Position numbers and translations under genes: made by a program. DNA of 64,000 nt from Haplodiscus bocki (Eukaryota): contig OZ296651.1 in assembly GCA_965655095.1 (NCBI GenBank), positions 27,404,001 to 27,468,000 on the forward strand. The letters run 5' to 3'. Positions 12,224 to 23,600 of this stretch are shown here, in pieces. The notes under the pieces are model-generated. The model had not been told where the DNA came from. It saw nothing but the letters and a program-made list of their open reading frames with translations, and searched no databases. Positions within the stretch are counted from its first letter, which is position 1. The number at the start of each line of letters is the position of its first letter.

Positions 12224-15200
12224 CCTTTTTGTCGATAATCATATACGGATCAATAGAAATTCGAGGGGTTCTTTTTGTTTCTGAAAAAAGCGGTTATTTT
12301 CATTCTAAATCAAGAACAATAACTGGAAAAAGACAGTTCATGTTTCATTCAGAAACTAATAAACATGTTATAATAGTTGAGGAAAGTTGACCCTCCCTTA
12401 GAAATGACTCTTTTCCCAGGGGAGGATCCGTTTGCTTTTACGAATTACATTTCGGGTACACTATCTACAAATATCACCGAATACTGGAAAATCTTTGATT
12501 TGGTGTTACTTCCATGACAATTCGTAGAAACTTCATTTCCGATGGTACTCGGAGGGCAAAAGGCAGAAATAAAAGAGGATTTCACCGAGATGTGAGTTCG
12601 ACTACAAAAAATGAATTTTTTAGTCTATTTCATGATACTGAATGCAAAATTATTCAATCGATATTAATGAGGCATGTCGTGACTTCTCTAAGCCATATTC
12701 TAATAAAACGTACCTTATTTAACGGTGTATTAAAGCTCAGCTTATAAAGTTAAAAGTTTGCTTCAACTCTAACACTCACACTTGAAATAAGTATTTTCAA
12801 AGTCCAAAAGTAAGTTGCAAAGTGGTGGCATTGTGTTTCTTCATATTAGAAGTAGACATAAAAACGGGTGCTCGAAATCGTCAGCGGGTGACAGGAAAAC
12901 CTAATTGTGATTGAAAAGGTTGCCAGACGATACCTTGACGAATTGATGGAATTTTCAAGAAATGTTTGATGAGTAATAATTTTGCTATTTCTGTGTTCGG
13001 TTAATTTTTCTTTCGAGGTAGGGGCAACTATACCGGAGAACTACTAATAGCCATGCACAAACGTGTTTGTCTATTAACCCGTGGCTTTCTCTAACAAAAA
13101 AAAATCCACTATCAGTACTTTTAGAGTCGTGGAGTTGGACTTTGAAAGGTTCCTGTCAATTTGGCCGAAATTCAATTCACATGCAGACAGTTGAATAAAC
13201 ACCCAGACAATAAATGCATTGATTAAAATCAATCTACACTTGGTACAGATTGAGATGACTATTTTGTTCACATGCGCTTTGATGAGAAGATTGGATATTT
13301 TAGCGTCGAATAACTGTTCAAAAGTTTATCGATCACCTTCATTTTCAGGACATTCGACATGTCTTCAAAAGATTCCCTTACAATGTGTGAGGTTTCGGCT
13401 GTTTTTCGTCAAAGCAGGCATCTTACTTGAGTTCTGCAAGCGCATCACGGGTTTCATCAAAACATATGCAGCTTCTCGCTGCAATGTGCAAGTGTGTAGT
13501 GAAGGGATAGAACATTTGGAGGATATTTTATTGCTTCGCAATAATATTCCAGCGTTATATAGAGCCACACAGTTAACATCACTCCTACCTGTCAGTTGGA
13601 TGCACCTTTTTCTTACCCTCAGAATGAATATTTGAATTCGTTTTTTAACTGACTGAATTTTGCAAATATGGGATGGTTCTTTTCCGTGATTTATCGTGGA
13701 AATATTTATTTCTCTTGGGGTGCGTTTTTCCTTTCAGAATTTAACCGTGACTTACAGAATTTGCTAAACGCAGACTATGTAAGTGATCTATCGCTTACCA
13801 AACGTGGACTCCGAGAATGGCTCAGTATCGATCCCCACTACATACAGACAATTTTAGACATCTTCACATTGTAACATTATGTTGCTCAAAAACAATACAT
13901 CTTACACTTCTATGTTTTATTTTATGCCTTCAACTACTATTTTTGCAAATTCCCCAGAAATGGACTTTCTCGGTAAATTATCGACTTTTTCAAAAATAGC
14001 TATCTGTGCTTCATGGTAAAAGCATTGACAGAGTTGAGCATGTGAAACTAATCGAGACCCTACATAGAGCAGTCATTGAAACTGTACGGGAGTTTCTGCA
14101 GCTTATTGGTGCCGGACTTCTTTTGTTGGTTTCTGACTGCCCCTAACTTGAGAACGGGTTTTACTTGTGATATTCATTCTTTATCTGACCCCGGTACGCA
14201 CGGTCTTTATCTTTTACGAATATTATGAATGACTTTTTTGTCCTAAAGAATTCGTTCTAATTTAACGCTCGCTTGCGTCTAGTGTGTCGCGTCACTGACG
14301 TTTTTGACAGTAATTTTGAAAGGATTCGAGGAGGGGATGAAATACCATATTGGAATATCCAAATATTTGTTTAAATCATATTTTGTTCGGTCTCGATTTT
14401 TTGTTCACTTCTCTCAAGCTACCACAGTCACCGGTAGTAAGTTTCAGTTGAATATTTGGTCATCAAGATACTTTTTTAAAGCCTTACCTCTCAAGTCATG
14501 CTATTTTGGTTTGCCTGTCTTCTTTTTAGCTGTTAATTTCAAGTCTCATTTGGCATACGGGTTAGGACAAACAATAGAACAATGACCTTTTCGGCACTTC
14601 TTTGTAGTAGATGGGGTGAGAAAAACCAAATAAACGATGCGACTGCTGAACTGGATTGTCGAAAGTTTTTTCGAGTCTCTTCTAAGGAGCGTTTTCCATT
14701 GCAACCACGCAGTCCTTGTCCAACTATTAGATCGCGCGACAATCTCTCGACAGCCAGATGAACCTGTTTTCGTACAATAATTGCAGAACAGTCAACTTCG
14801 AAATCCAGGAATTTCAGCAGATTGATTTTGAAAGCGATTTTCTTTTGGTCATATCGCAACTTCACTGTTAATTTAACTACTCACACCTCGGAAAATCCGC
14901 TGGAAAATGTCTGCTTGTCATATCTCAGGTATTAAAGTGTCCCTAATGAAACTTCGATGATAAATTTTTTATTGAATCACCAGATCGCTTTTTCCTGGAT
15001 TGCTATCACGACCAATTGTGTTTGCTTTGCTTCTATGCTCTTGGCAGCTTGTTGTTTTCATTTGCAGAGAATAATCGACAATGTAATTTCTGATCTCGCA
15101 ATGGAGGTTTCGATGCATGGCAAGAAGTCACTTCAAGAGTATCCCTCCTTCGCCTCAGTGTTACACTAGTGCAAGCAAGTGTTAGATGATGGGAGTTGCC

Positions 15201-16177
15201 AACTTTTTTCCTATCTGTACATAGCTAACAAACTTTCTGAGATCTGTGTCCGGGGCAGAATGTTTGTGTCCGGGGAGACCGGACATGGAGTCCCCGCCAC
15301 AGTCGCTTGCGCGGCCAATTGAGCTATTTCGGCTTCATATTCAACATATCAAGAACTGCGATAACATTTTCTTATACTCGTGTAAAAACATGTAGATATA
15401 TGAGAATTAACTGATTTTATCTCCTGTTTACTTGTTTATGTTGAAACTGAAGGTATTTGATATTATGGGGATGCCTCATGACCTTATTTTCAGACATCTT
15501 TTAGACAATTGTAGTTGGTGTAAATTGTAGCTCCAGCTCTATTGGAGTTGTTCATTTCACTGCAGTTGAATGGATCTTATCTTTTCAATCGTAAGTTTGG
15601 CTGATTGTAAACGTCTCTAATTGTACACAGAGCCGACGTCGTTTGAATACAATGCATACATTTATTGAGTTACATGTAAACTTCACTCTCAATTAACCTG
15701 CTCTCAATTATGTGCCATGAACGTGTGAAAGGTAAGAGTTGAGAAATTGTATTCTCCAGTACGTAACTGCTTATATTTATGCTATTTAAATTTGAGCGCG
15801 GAATGTGAAAAGGAGAATCAATTTTTTCGGTATCGTCCTTCATTTTTTGAGGGGGTCTCGTGAATATTATTAGAAGCTTAAATTTTGCGGCTTAGGGAAG
15901 GGGGTGTCACGACAAGTTTCTGTATTATCCTTGTCAGTAAGTTTTTGGTGTACGTACAATGCTGTGGCAAGTTTGCTTGTACGGTTTTCGGAAAATTTTG
16001 TGCTTACGCAAGGAGTATCACAAATGGTATGGGTATTTCTCTTGCTTGAAGCTTCAATATGTGCTGAAGGGGAGTGATGAAAGTTATGGTGCAATAGAGT
16101 TTTGTATATTTAGTCTTATTTTTTGAATGTCGGATGGGGCATGCATATTTTTGGCTAATATACTGTAGCATACCATG

Positions 16178-16242
16178 TTAAATGGGCGTTCTTCTCATAT
16201 GAACTTTGCTTTCAGCATTCCGATCGTAACATGGAATGTTAC
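16178..16242 (-). repeat. 65-bp inverted copy of the U3 end of the Gypsy LTR
   Basis: Reverse complement is identical to 3' LTR 32998-33062, including the aacgccc allele. Confidence 0.9.
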
Positions 16243-16719
16243 CTATACCTTAATGAGTGACTTCTTTCTTTTATAGCCTACTGTGGAGTGTTCATTGGTT
16301 TTGTTTGCTTTCGGTGGATTCATTCATTGCGTGGCTTCTAAAATGCTCAAGTTTAGTGAAAGTTCGGCAATTTCCTTATTTGTTTTCAAATTCATCTCCC
16401 GTTCATCTGAAGTTGGCTCATTTCTTCTTTTTGTTCATCTTAGCGCTTATCTTATAGTAGTTTTTTGCTAGTTAATGGAGGCTGGTCTGCAGGAAAATGA
16501 AAGAACTAAGTCAATGAACTTTCAATTGACTCGCTTCTATGTTTGAGCCCCGCCAGTAGCTTTTTTTGTGAATTAGTAGTACTCGTAGTAGCGTTGCCCT
16601 TTCAAACGTCAGTTGTATTAGACCGATTTGCTGCGTTTGACGCAAATGTTTCGTTTTGAAGCACATCTTTGCTTGTCTTGAATTATAAAACAGAAATTGA
16701 ATTCATGAAAAGAAGTCTC

Positions 16720-17460
16720 CTATAGAGTCAAGGCTTCTCGGTTTCGCCAGTACTATTCAACACCCACGCAGACAAAACCTTCAAGAAAAGCAGTGGTGGA
16801 AATATTCGATCCAATCGTTTGAAAGATAGATTCAGCAACCTATGCAGATGCAGACGACATCGTTTACATGACAGACAATCTACACAGTATGCAAGATTTT
16901 TCCACTATTTGGGATCTATAATTTACCAAGATATGTACGAGTGAAAATACGTGAAAGCCGCCATTGTGAGAAGACTCGTTTTGGAAACCAGATAACTGAT
17001 GAGAGATTACTTGAACATCAGTGTGAAAAAGCGCCTTCTCTAATCACAGGAATGTTAAGTTGTAAGATACGCTGCAGAAAAGTTAGTATTACTGTCTAAT
17101 CAGAAACGCCTCATTTGAAAATGTGATGCTCAAAGTGCATGTTGGAGGTTAGCTATCTGCATATACTACTAAAACACCACCGTTCTTGCCACCTTCAAGA
17201 GCCCCTGTCTAGTCCCCCTGATAGTGGTTATACAAAGCAGTTTTTTCGGTCACGTTGCTTGAAGTTCTGCTCTTTCTCGAACTACAGTGTTCGAGATGAA
17301 AGATTGGAAGAGAACTACTTGGATAAATTCGCTTTCAGATATCACTAGTGTACGCAAGGTGAAAGAAAACTCGAAACTAGCACAGTAAAAGGATATCGGA
17401 AAGGAAAACATCCAACTCCACATCTCGATGAACATAGAACTCGATTTGAATGAAGGGACC
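16720..17460 (+). mobile_element. Decayed LINE RT fragment (RTE-like)
   Basis: SQGFSVSPVLFNTHADK (~16726) and YADADDIVY (~16841) correspond to the RT QG and YADD motifs; frames are broken. Clade assignment is tentative. Confidence 0.55.
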
Positions 17461-17744
17461 AGAGTATTGACTGAGGTCCTGGTTGAAAAGGAGAAGGTCG
17501 ACTTTTTCCAAAAATTCAAAGGTTTCTAAGATCATTTCGAAAGTTAGCCGACGAGATCGATTCATAAAGCCGAAATTTCGGCTTTTGACGCTTTCGAATA
17601 TTCTTTTCGTTAGGTTTTTAGGCATTAAGCTTGTTTTAATGCTTGTACATTTTTACTTTTTTCGCAAACGCTGGTGTGATTGGCCGACTAAGCGAAGCTG
17701 AGCGCTAAAGTAAACCGGATAGTTCCTTCTTATTGTTAACTTTT

Positions 17745-18236
17745 TGTAACATTCCATGTTACGATCGGAATGCTGAAAGCAAAGTTCATATGAGAAGAAT
17801 GCCCATTTAAACTCAAAACTCTTAATCTCCTAATCTCTTCATCACCCTTCAATCATTTAATGACGCCACATTCTTTCGATGAACTTCAAACTTTAGAACT
17901 TACCTTAAAGTCATAACGATGCTTAATTTAGATGAATATGTCAAATTACGGAAATACCTCATGATTTAAATTATCTCTTATCATTAACTTCAACCCATAT
18001 AAAATTTTGATTCAGTAGAAGCTGAGACCCAGCGAAGGAAAGTTGAATTCATAAATTGCAAACTAACCATTTCTTCCATTGCTTGAAGAGTTGTAGACAG
18101 ATCACTTGTAGCAAGTCTAACCGCGGGACCTCGCATCCAACAAGAACATTGAATCTGAAATACTTTGAGAATACTAAATACCCGCTCAGGCTAAAAGAAA
18201 ACTCAATAAAACAAGAAGACGAGGCGCGATCTTAGA
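17745..18236 (+). repeat. 5' LTR (492 bp)
   Basis: TGTAAC...CTTAGA; 4 substitutions versus the 3' LTR; AATAAA at 18205-18210. Confidence 0.97.
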
Positions 18237-18250
18237 TGGTGACAGGAGTG
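18237..18250 (+). promoter_or_regulatory. Primer binding site, tRNA-Leu-like
   Basis: TGGTGACAGGAGTG directly after the LTR. It matches the complement of the 3' end of typical eukaryotic tRNA-Leu(CAG) (TGGTGTCAGGAGTG) with one mismatch. Confidence 0.75.
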
Positions 18251-18416
18251 TGCGACGACGAGCTACACTGTGATCATCCACAACGACAACTGAAGAATCT
18301 GGACTACTGGTCTAAATAGAAGAAACAGCAGGACGATCCTGACAAAACCAGAAGATTGGGAACTCTAATTCTATTGGGAAATACAAACGACACTCTAACC
18401 CAACACTAGTGCAAAG

Positions 18417-18444
18417 ATGAAGCTGAAGACGAGTTTGGTTGCCT
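18417..18444 (+). CDS. Predicted env leader exon (MKLKTSLVA) ending at splice donor GTAAGT (18445)
   Basis: ATG AAG CTG AAG ACG AGT TTG GTT GCC T|GTAAGT. Phase 1 matches the acceptor ttttttttcAG|TG at 30121/30122 and gives the signal peptide MKLKTSLVALVTVLLAINVALP. Confidence 0.75.
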
Positions 18445-18722
18445 GTAAGTTTCACATTCGTTCTATTCCTAGAGAGTTTTAGAAGCAGTAAAATTGATAA
18501 TAGCGCTCAGATTGTTCTCAAACTGTTTGAAATCATCATCTTAATTGAAATCATCATTTTAATTCAGAGCGCCGAAGTAGTAAATTTATTTTGAGGTAGT
18601 AACTACTAAATTTCCCGTTTTTCTAAACTGATTCATTCCGTCATTCATTGTCTGTAATTTTTCGATCCGCTAAAATAAGCCCGTCACTCTTGAATTTTCG
18701 AAAACCTTGGTAATTCGCAAAA

Positions 18723-19970
18723 ATGGCAGCAGCAGCTCAATCGACAGTAAGCCTACCAAAATACGGCGGAAGTTCAACAGACAACTGGACAGATTTTGAA
18801 TCTTTATTCCGTAGCATAGTTGAAGTTACAGGAATTGCTGATGCACAACGAGTAGGATTTTTGAAACTACACTTAAAAGACTCAGCATTACAATTTTTCC
18901 ACACACTAGACCAAAATACCAGAGCAGACTTGGAATTAACAATAACAGCGTTGAAAAACCATTTTTGCAATCCAAACTTGAAAGAAATACATCATATAAA
19001 CTTGGAAAATATGAAATTTAATCACAAAACAGAATCACCGGAAGAATTTTTGGTCAAACTTCAAAATTTAGCTCTGAAAGCTTACCCAACACCAGCTGAT
19101 CTACCGCTAGCACCAGTAGATGCACATGTAGCAAATGACCAAGAAAGATTTGATCGTGAAACACGAGAAAATCAAAACAGACGGAATTTTTCACAAATGG
19201 AACGAGAAAGACATATAATTCGTCTCTTCAAAAAAGCAATGCCAAATTTTATCAGACTGAAACTGCTGGAAGAACCAGAAGATGCAACAATTCAAGAATT
19301 ATGCACAAAAGCAAGACAAAAACTGATTCTTAGAGAATTATGTCCAGTTGACGATTGGTCAAGAGACGGATTTAATGAGATGAGCTCTGAAAACTCAGAA
19401 AAATTTCTCACGGTTCTCACAAAAATGTCTGAAAATCAAAACTCCCTTGAAAACAGAATTGATGCCTTGACGCAAAAGCTTAATTCACCGCAACAAAATT
19501 CATCAAATACCTATAAAGACAACGAACAACAAACTTGGCAAGGGAATTTCAGAGGCCGACCGTACCAAAATAGAGGAAACCGAGGATATTCCAATAGTCA
19601 AGGATATCAAAATCGAAACTATCAAAATCAAGGATCGAATAATTATCAAAACAACCAAAATCGCGGCAGATATGGTAATAATTTCACTCGAGGAAGTTAT
19701 CGAGGGAGAAATAACTTTAGAGGCAATAATAGAGGAAACTTCTCGAATAACTATAACAATAATTTCAATGACAGCAATTTTCAGCAGCAAGGAGATCAAA
19801 ATAACGAAACAACAATAAATTCTGGAGGGCATATTGAAACCACTGCATTTTCACAAAAAGTTTGCTATAGTTGCGGATATCCAAACCATACCTCTCGAAA
19901 TTGTGAAGCTAGAGGAAAAAGCAGTACCAGAGGTGGACAAATACCGTTCAACTCGCAATCAAAAAACTAA
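18723..19970 (+). CDS. gag: Gag (capsid-like region, N/G/R-rich low-complexity tract, CCHC zinc knuckle)
   Basis: 415 aa; retrotransposon-gag-like N-terminus (W..F...F, L.L.DSA..F); CYSCGYPNHTSRNC knuckle. Confidence 0.92.
   Translation: MAAAAQSTVSLPKYGGSSTDNWTDFESLFRSIVEVTGIADAQRVGFLKLHLKDSALQFFHTLDQNTRADLELTITALKNHFCNPNLKEIHHINLENMKFNHKTESPEEFLVKLQNLALKAYPTPADLPLAPVDAHVANDQERFDRETRENQNRRNFSQMERERHIIRLFKKAMPNFIRLKLLEEPEDATIQELCTKARQKLILRELCPVDDWSRDGFNEMSSENSEKFLTVLTKMSENQNSLENRIDALTQKLNSPQQNSSNTYKDNEQQTWQGNFRGRPYQNRGNRGYSNSQGYQNRNYQNQGSNNYQNNQNRGRYGNNFTRGSYRGRNNFRGNNRGNFSNNYNNNFNDSNFQQQGDQNNETTINSGGHIETTAFSQKVCYSCGYPNHTSRNCEARGKSSTRGGQIPFNSQSKN
19961..19967 (+). promoter_or_regulatory. -1 ribosomal frameshift slippery heptamer A AAA AAC at the gag/pol junction
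   Basis: Immediately precedes the gag stop. The -1 frame is open from 19961 into the protease ORF (20132 frame). Confidence 0.8.
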
Positions 19971-20650
19971 TAAAGCCACACACGTCAGCCAGTCCAGAGA
20001 AAAACATTAAACTTACTTTACACACCACAGATAATATTTTAGAAACTTCAGAACAAATAACGCACCCAGAGAAGACCTTAACCAATAATAATGAAATTAA
20101 TGAAGTTATTCTGCTTGAAGGAGAAAACCTTATGTATATTCCATTGAAATTTGAAAATAAATTACGCAGGAGAGCACTAATCGACACAGGGGCATGTGCA
20201 AACGCAATGCCAGCGGACTTTTATAAAAAATTGACAGAGGAATCCCCTAATTCAATTTCTGAATTGCAACAAGCTTCATTTTTGAATGTAAAAGTAGCCT
20301 CTGGGCGAACAATAAAAGTTTTGGCTCAGCTGGATGTTAAATTCAAAGTTAATGACCACAATTTTCAAGATAGTTTTCTGATACTTCCTTCAATGAATAG
20401 TGTTGTTCTTGGTAACCCGTTTTTCAAAAAATATAACATTGAAATCAGTCCTGGCGAAAATCTTTTGAAACTGCCAGAAATGACTTATCAGCTCAATGAG
20501 ATAAGAATACCCAAGGAAGGCAGACGTAAAATTCCAAAAAGTAGATATCCAGTTTTTATGTTCCAAAAAACAACTGTCAAGCCCCAAAATCAAGAAATTC
20601 TCTACACAAAAACGAATTTTCGAAAAATCTTGAAGGACACACAGGAATGA
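19961..20650 (+). CDS. pol: Pol N-terminal part: retropepsin aspartic protease
   Basis: ALIDTGA catalytic motif and VVLGNPFF; separated from the rest of pol by an apparent 1-nt deletion near 20616-20620. Confidence 0.88.
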   Translation, partial: KKLIKPHTSASPEKNIKLTLHTTDNILETSEQITHPEKTLTNNNEINEVILLEGENLMYIPLKFENKLRRRALIDTGACANAMPADFYKKLTEESPNSISELQQASFLNVKVASGRTIKVLAQLDVKFKVNDHNFQDSFLILPSMNSVVLGNPFFKKYNIEISPGENLLKLPEMTYQLNEIRIPKEGRRKIPKSRYPVFMFQKTTVKPQNQEILYTKTNFRKILKDTQE

Positions 20651-23600
20651 TAATTCCACTTGAAGAATATGAAAATAGTACGGAGTTGAAACTGTCATCA
20701 TCAGTTGTTACAGTCGGAAAAGACAATATAGTATCCATATTGGCTCTCAACCTCAATGATCATTCAGTAACCTTTCCGAAAAACAAACAAGTAGCAGTTT
20801 TCCAATTTCTCTCACCACAAGAGGAAGAAAAACTGATAGAAATTGGACCGGAACTCCTAGCGCTGGACAAAATGAAAAATGGTGAACTTTTGAATCAGAT
20901 AAACCAACTTTTACGAGTTAGAAATAACAGAAGTAGCCGACAGCCCAAACGTCCATCGCCTGAGTACGATAAAATTTGGTTTCCCACACCAGAAACATGT
21001 CAAAACCCGGAAAATCTACCCCCACTTCAGAAGAAAATTTTCGATAACATTTCCGAATTACAACACCGTGATTCACTTAATCCGCAGTCTAACAAAAAAG
21101 ATAAAGAAACATTTCTGAAACAGTTCGACTGGTCAAAATCATCATTAAATGCAGATCAGATTGCTGAAATGCAATATCTTTTGATTGAATATTATGACAT
21201 TTTTGCAAAGCATCGCTTCGATGTTGGTTATAATACAGAATTGAAAGTGAAATTAACACCGGCACATGATTTACCAGTCTATGTTCAAAGTCCGCCAACG
21301 CCAATTCATTTGAGAGATGAAATATTAGTTGAATTAGCCCTAATGCAATATTATGGCATTGTTACACTTTTACCAAATTCTAAATATAGCAGTCTAATAT
21401 TTGCACAACGCAAGCCGTCAGGGAAACTGAGAATATTAATAGATTTGAGGCGTGTTAATCACCTCCTTAGAAATGATTACAGCGATAACAATTTCCCAAT
21501 TTCAAATATGACAGACGCCGTTCATCATTTTGCAGGAAAGACCTTGTTTACTAAGTTGGATTGTTCACAAGCTTATCATTGTGTACAAATGGCTGACCCC
21601 TTATCGGTCCAACTCTTATCATTCAACTTCTCTTCTAGAACATACGCCTACACGAGATTAGCACAAGGATTAAACAAATCAGTGACAGGATTTAGCTCAT
21701 TTGTCAGATCTTATCTTGATTCTTGCCTCGCGGCCAACTTATGTACACAGTTTATGGATGATATCGGATGTGGAGTGGAAACATTTCAACAAATGATTCC
21801 AACCCTTAGACAAATATTTGACTGTTTGAGAAAATCAGGACTACGATTGACACCACATAAATGTGAATTTGGAATGACCTCAATTAATTTTCTTGGCAAT
21901 ACAATAACACCTCAAGGACTAAAACCTGAAACGGAGAAAATCGAAAAATTTCTGAAAACAATGAAACTACCAGCAACAGTGCGACAAGTGAAACGCTTGG
22001 TAGGATTTGTCCTATTTTTCCGTTCATTTTTACCAAACTTGGCACAAAATTTGATGCCGTGGTATAAATTATTACGCAAAGACGTTGAATTTGATTTACA
22101 AGATGACCATTTGAAAAGTTTTGAAACAATAAAGAAAGACTTGTTACAAGCAACGAAAACAACCCTACGATTAGCAAAACCAGGACAACAATATGTAATC
22201 CTATGTGACGCTAGTTACTACAGTAGCGGATTCGTTTTAATGATAGAAGATTACTTAGTAGAAAAGGACGGAAAGACAAAACAAGCGTATGCACCAGTCT
22301 CCTTTGGTTCACAATTGTTCAATACAAGTCAATTGAAAATGTCTACATACTGTAAGGAATTTTTGGCACTGTATTTTGCTCTAGAACATTTTTCACACTT
22401 CATTTGGGGTGCAGAAAAACCAGTGATAGTTTTGACTGATAACAAAAGCCTAACAAGTTTTTTTCAATCCAAATCACTTCATCCATCGCTTTGGAACTTT
22501 ATGGATAGAGTAATTGCGTATAACATAGTATTAGCGCATATTCCAGGAAAAGCGAATGCTGCAGCAGACTTTTTATCAAGAATGCAAACAGATCCTAATG
22601 AAAGTCTCGAACTTCAATTAGTAGATTCGATTCCAATGAAGCAAATAGAAATAGACATGAAAGCAAAAACACCTGATGCATCAATGCTAGCCATAGAATC
22701 AGTTCAAGAAGTTGAAGCAACACCTACTGTACCTAAAGACCTGATTGAAAAAATTCAATCTAATGATACGCTACAGAGTTTGATTCCCAATTTGGACGAA
22801 ATACTGAAGTCAGCATCGAATGATCAAAAACCCGAACTTTACGCTATAAAAAGGGCAACCGAAATAAATTCAATACAAGTAAAAGATCCGATGAATTATT
22901 TTCAAGTGTCCAACTTAAATTCAAAGGCATTAGATATTGAAACTGAGCAGAACAAAGATCCTGTATTACGAAAAGTAATGACATGGATTGACACCGGATG
23001 CAATGATGATCTAACATATGCATCTCTTGAATTGAGAAAGTATTATAAACATCTAACGCGCCTACAAATGCACAAAGGTATTTTAGTCCGTCAATTTTTC
23101 GATGACGTAGGAAAAATTTCACATTACCAAATATGTGTGCCGAAACATCTGAGGAAAGAAGTAGTCTACAGAATACACAACTCACCAACAGGGGGACATC
23201 TTGGAATTGTTCGCACAGCGAAAGAGTTTAGACAGCGATTCTACTTTCCAGGATTCACAGAGTTCCTCACAGCCTACATCAAAAATTGTCTGTCATGTTC
23301 CACCCTGAAAAGAGTTTCCAAACGACAATTAAATCCACCTTTGCAGCCTCTTTCATCAGAGCAACTTTTCCCTGGTGATATGATGCAAATTGATTTAGTT
23401 GGACCGTTCCAATCGCCTATTTACAAATACGTCTTATCAGTCATAGATGTCTTTTCCAAATACTTATTCGCAATACCCTTAACATCTGCACATGCTGGAA
23501 CAATAGCAAAGGCACTAGTTTCTATATTCTTTCAACATAGTTACATCCCTACAACTATTTTGTCTGATTTGGGAACGAGTTTTGTTGCAAAATTGTTGCA

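Noticed and set aside
13219-13874. Possible two-exon gene (13349-13590, 13738-13874)
   Set aside because: Splice phases are incompatible and no domain is recognisable.
15236-16243. Complete ~1-kb solo LTR on the - strand
   Set aside because: Only the 65-bp tip matches the LTR and no TSD is found; kept only as a tentative note.
20610-20650. Second programmed -1 frameshift between protease and RT
   Set aside because: No XXXYYYZ slippery heptamer in frame; a 1-nt deletion explains it more simply.
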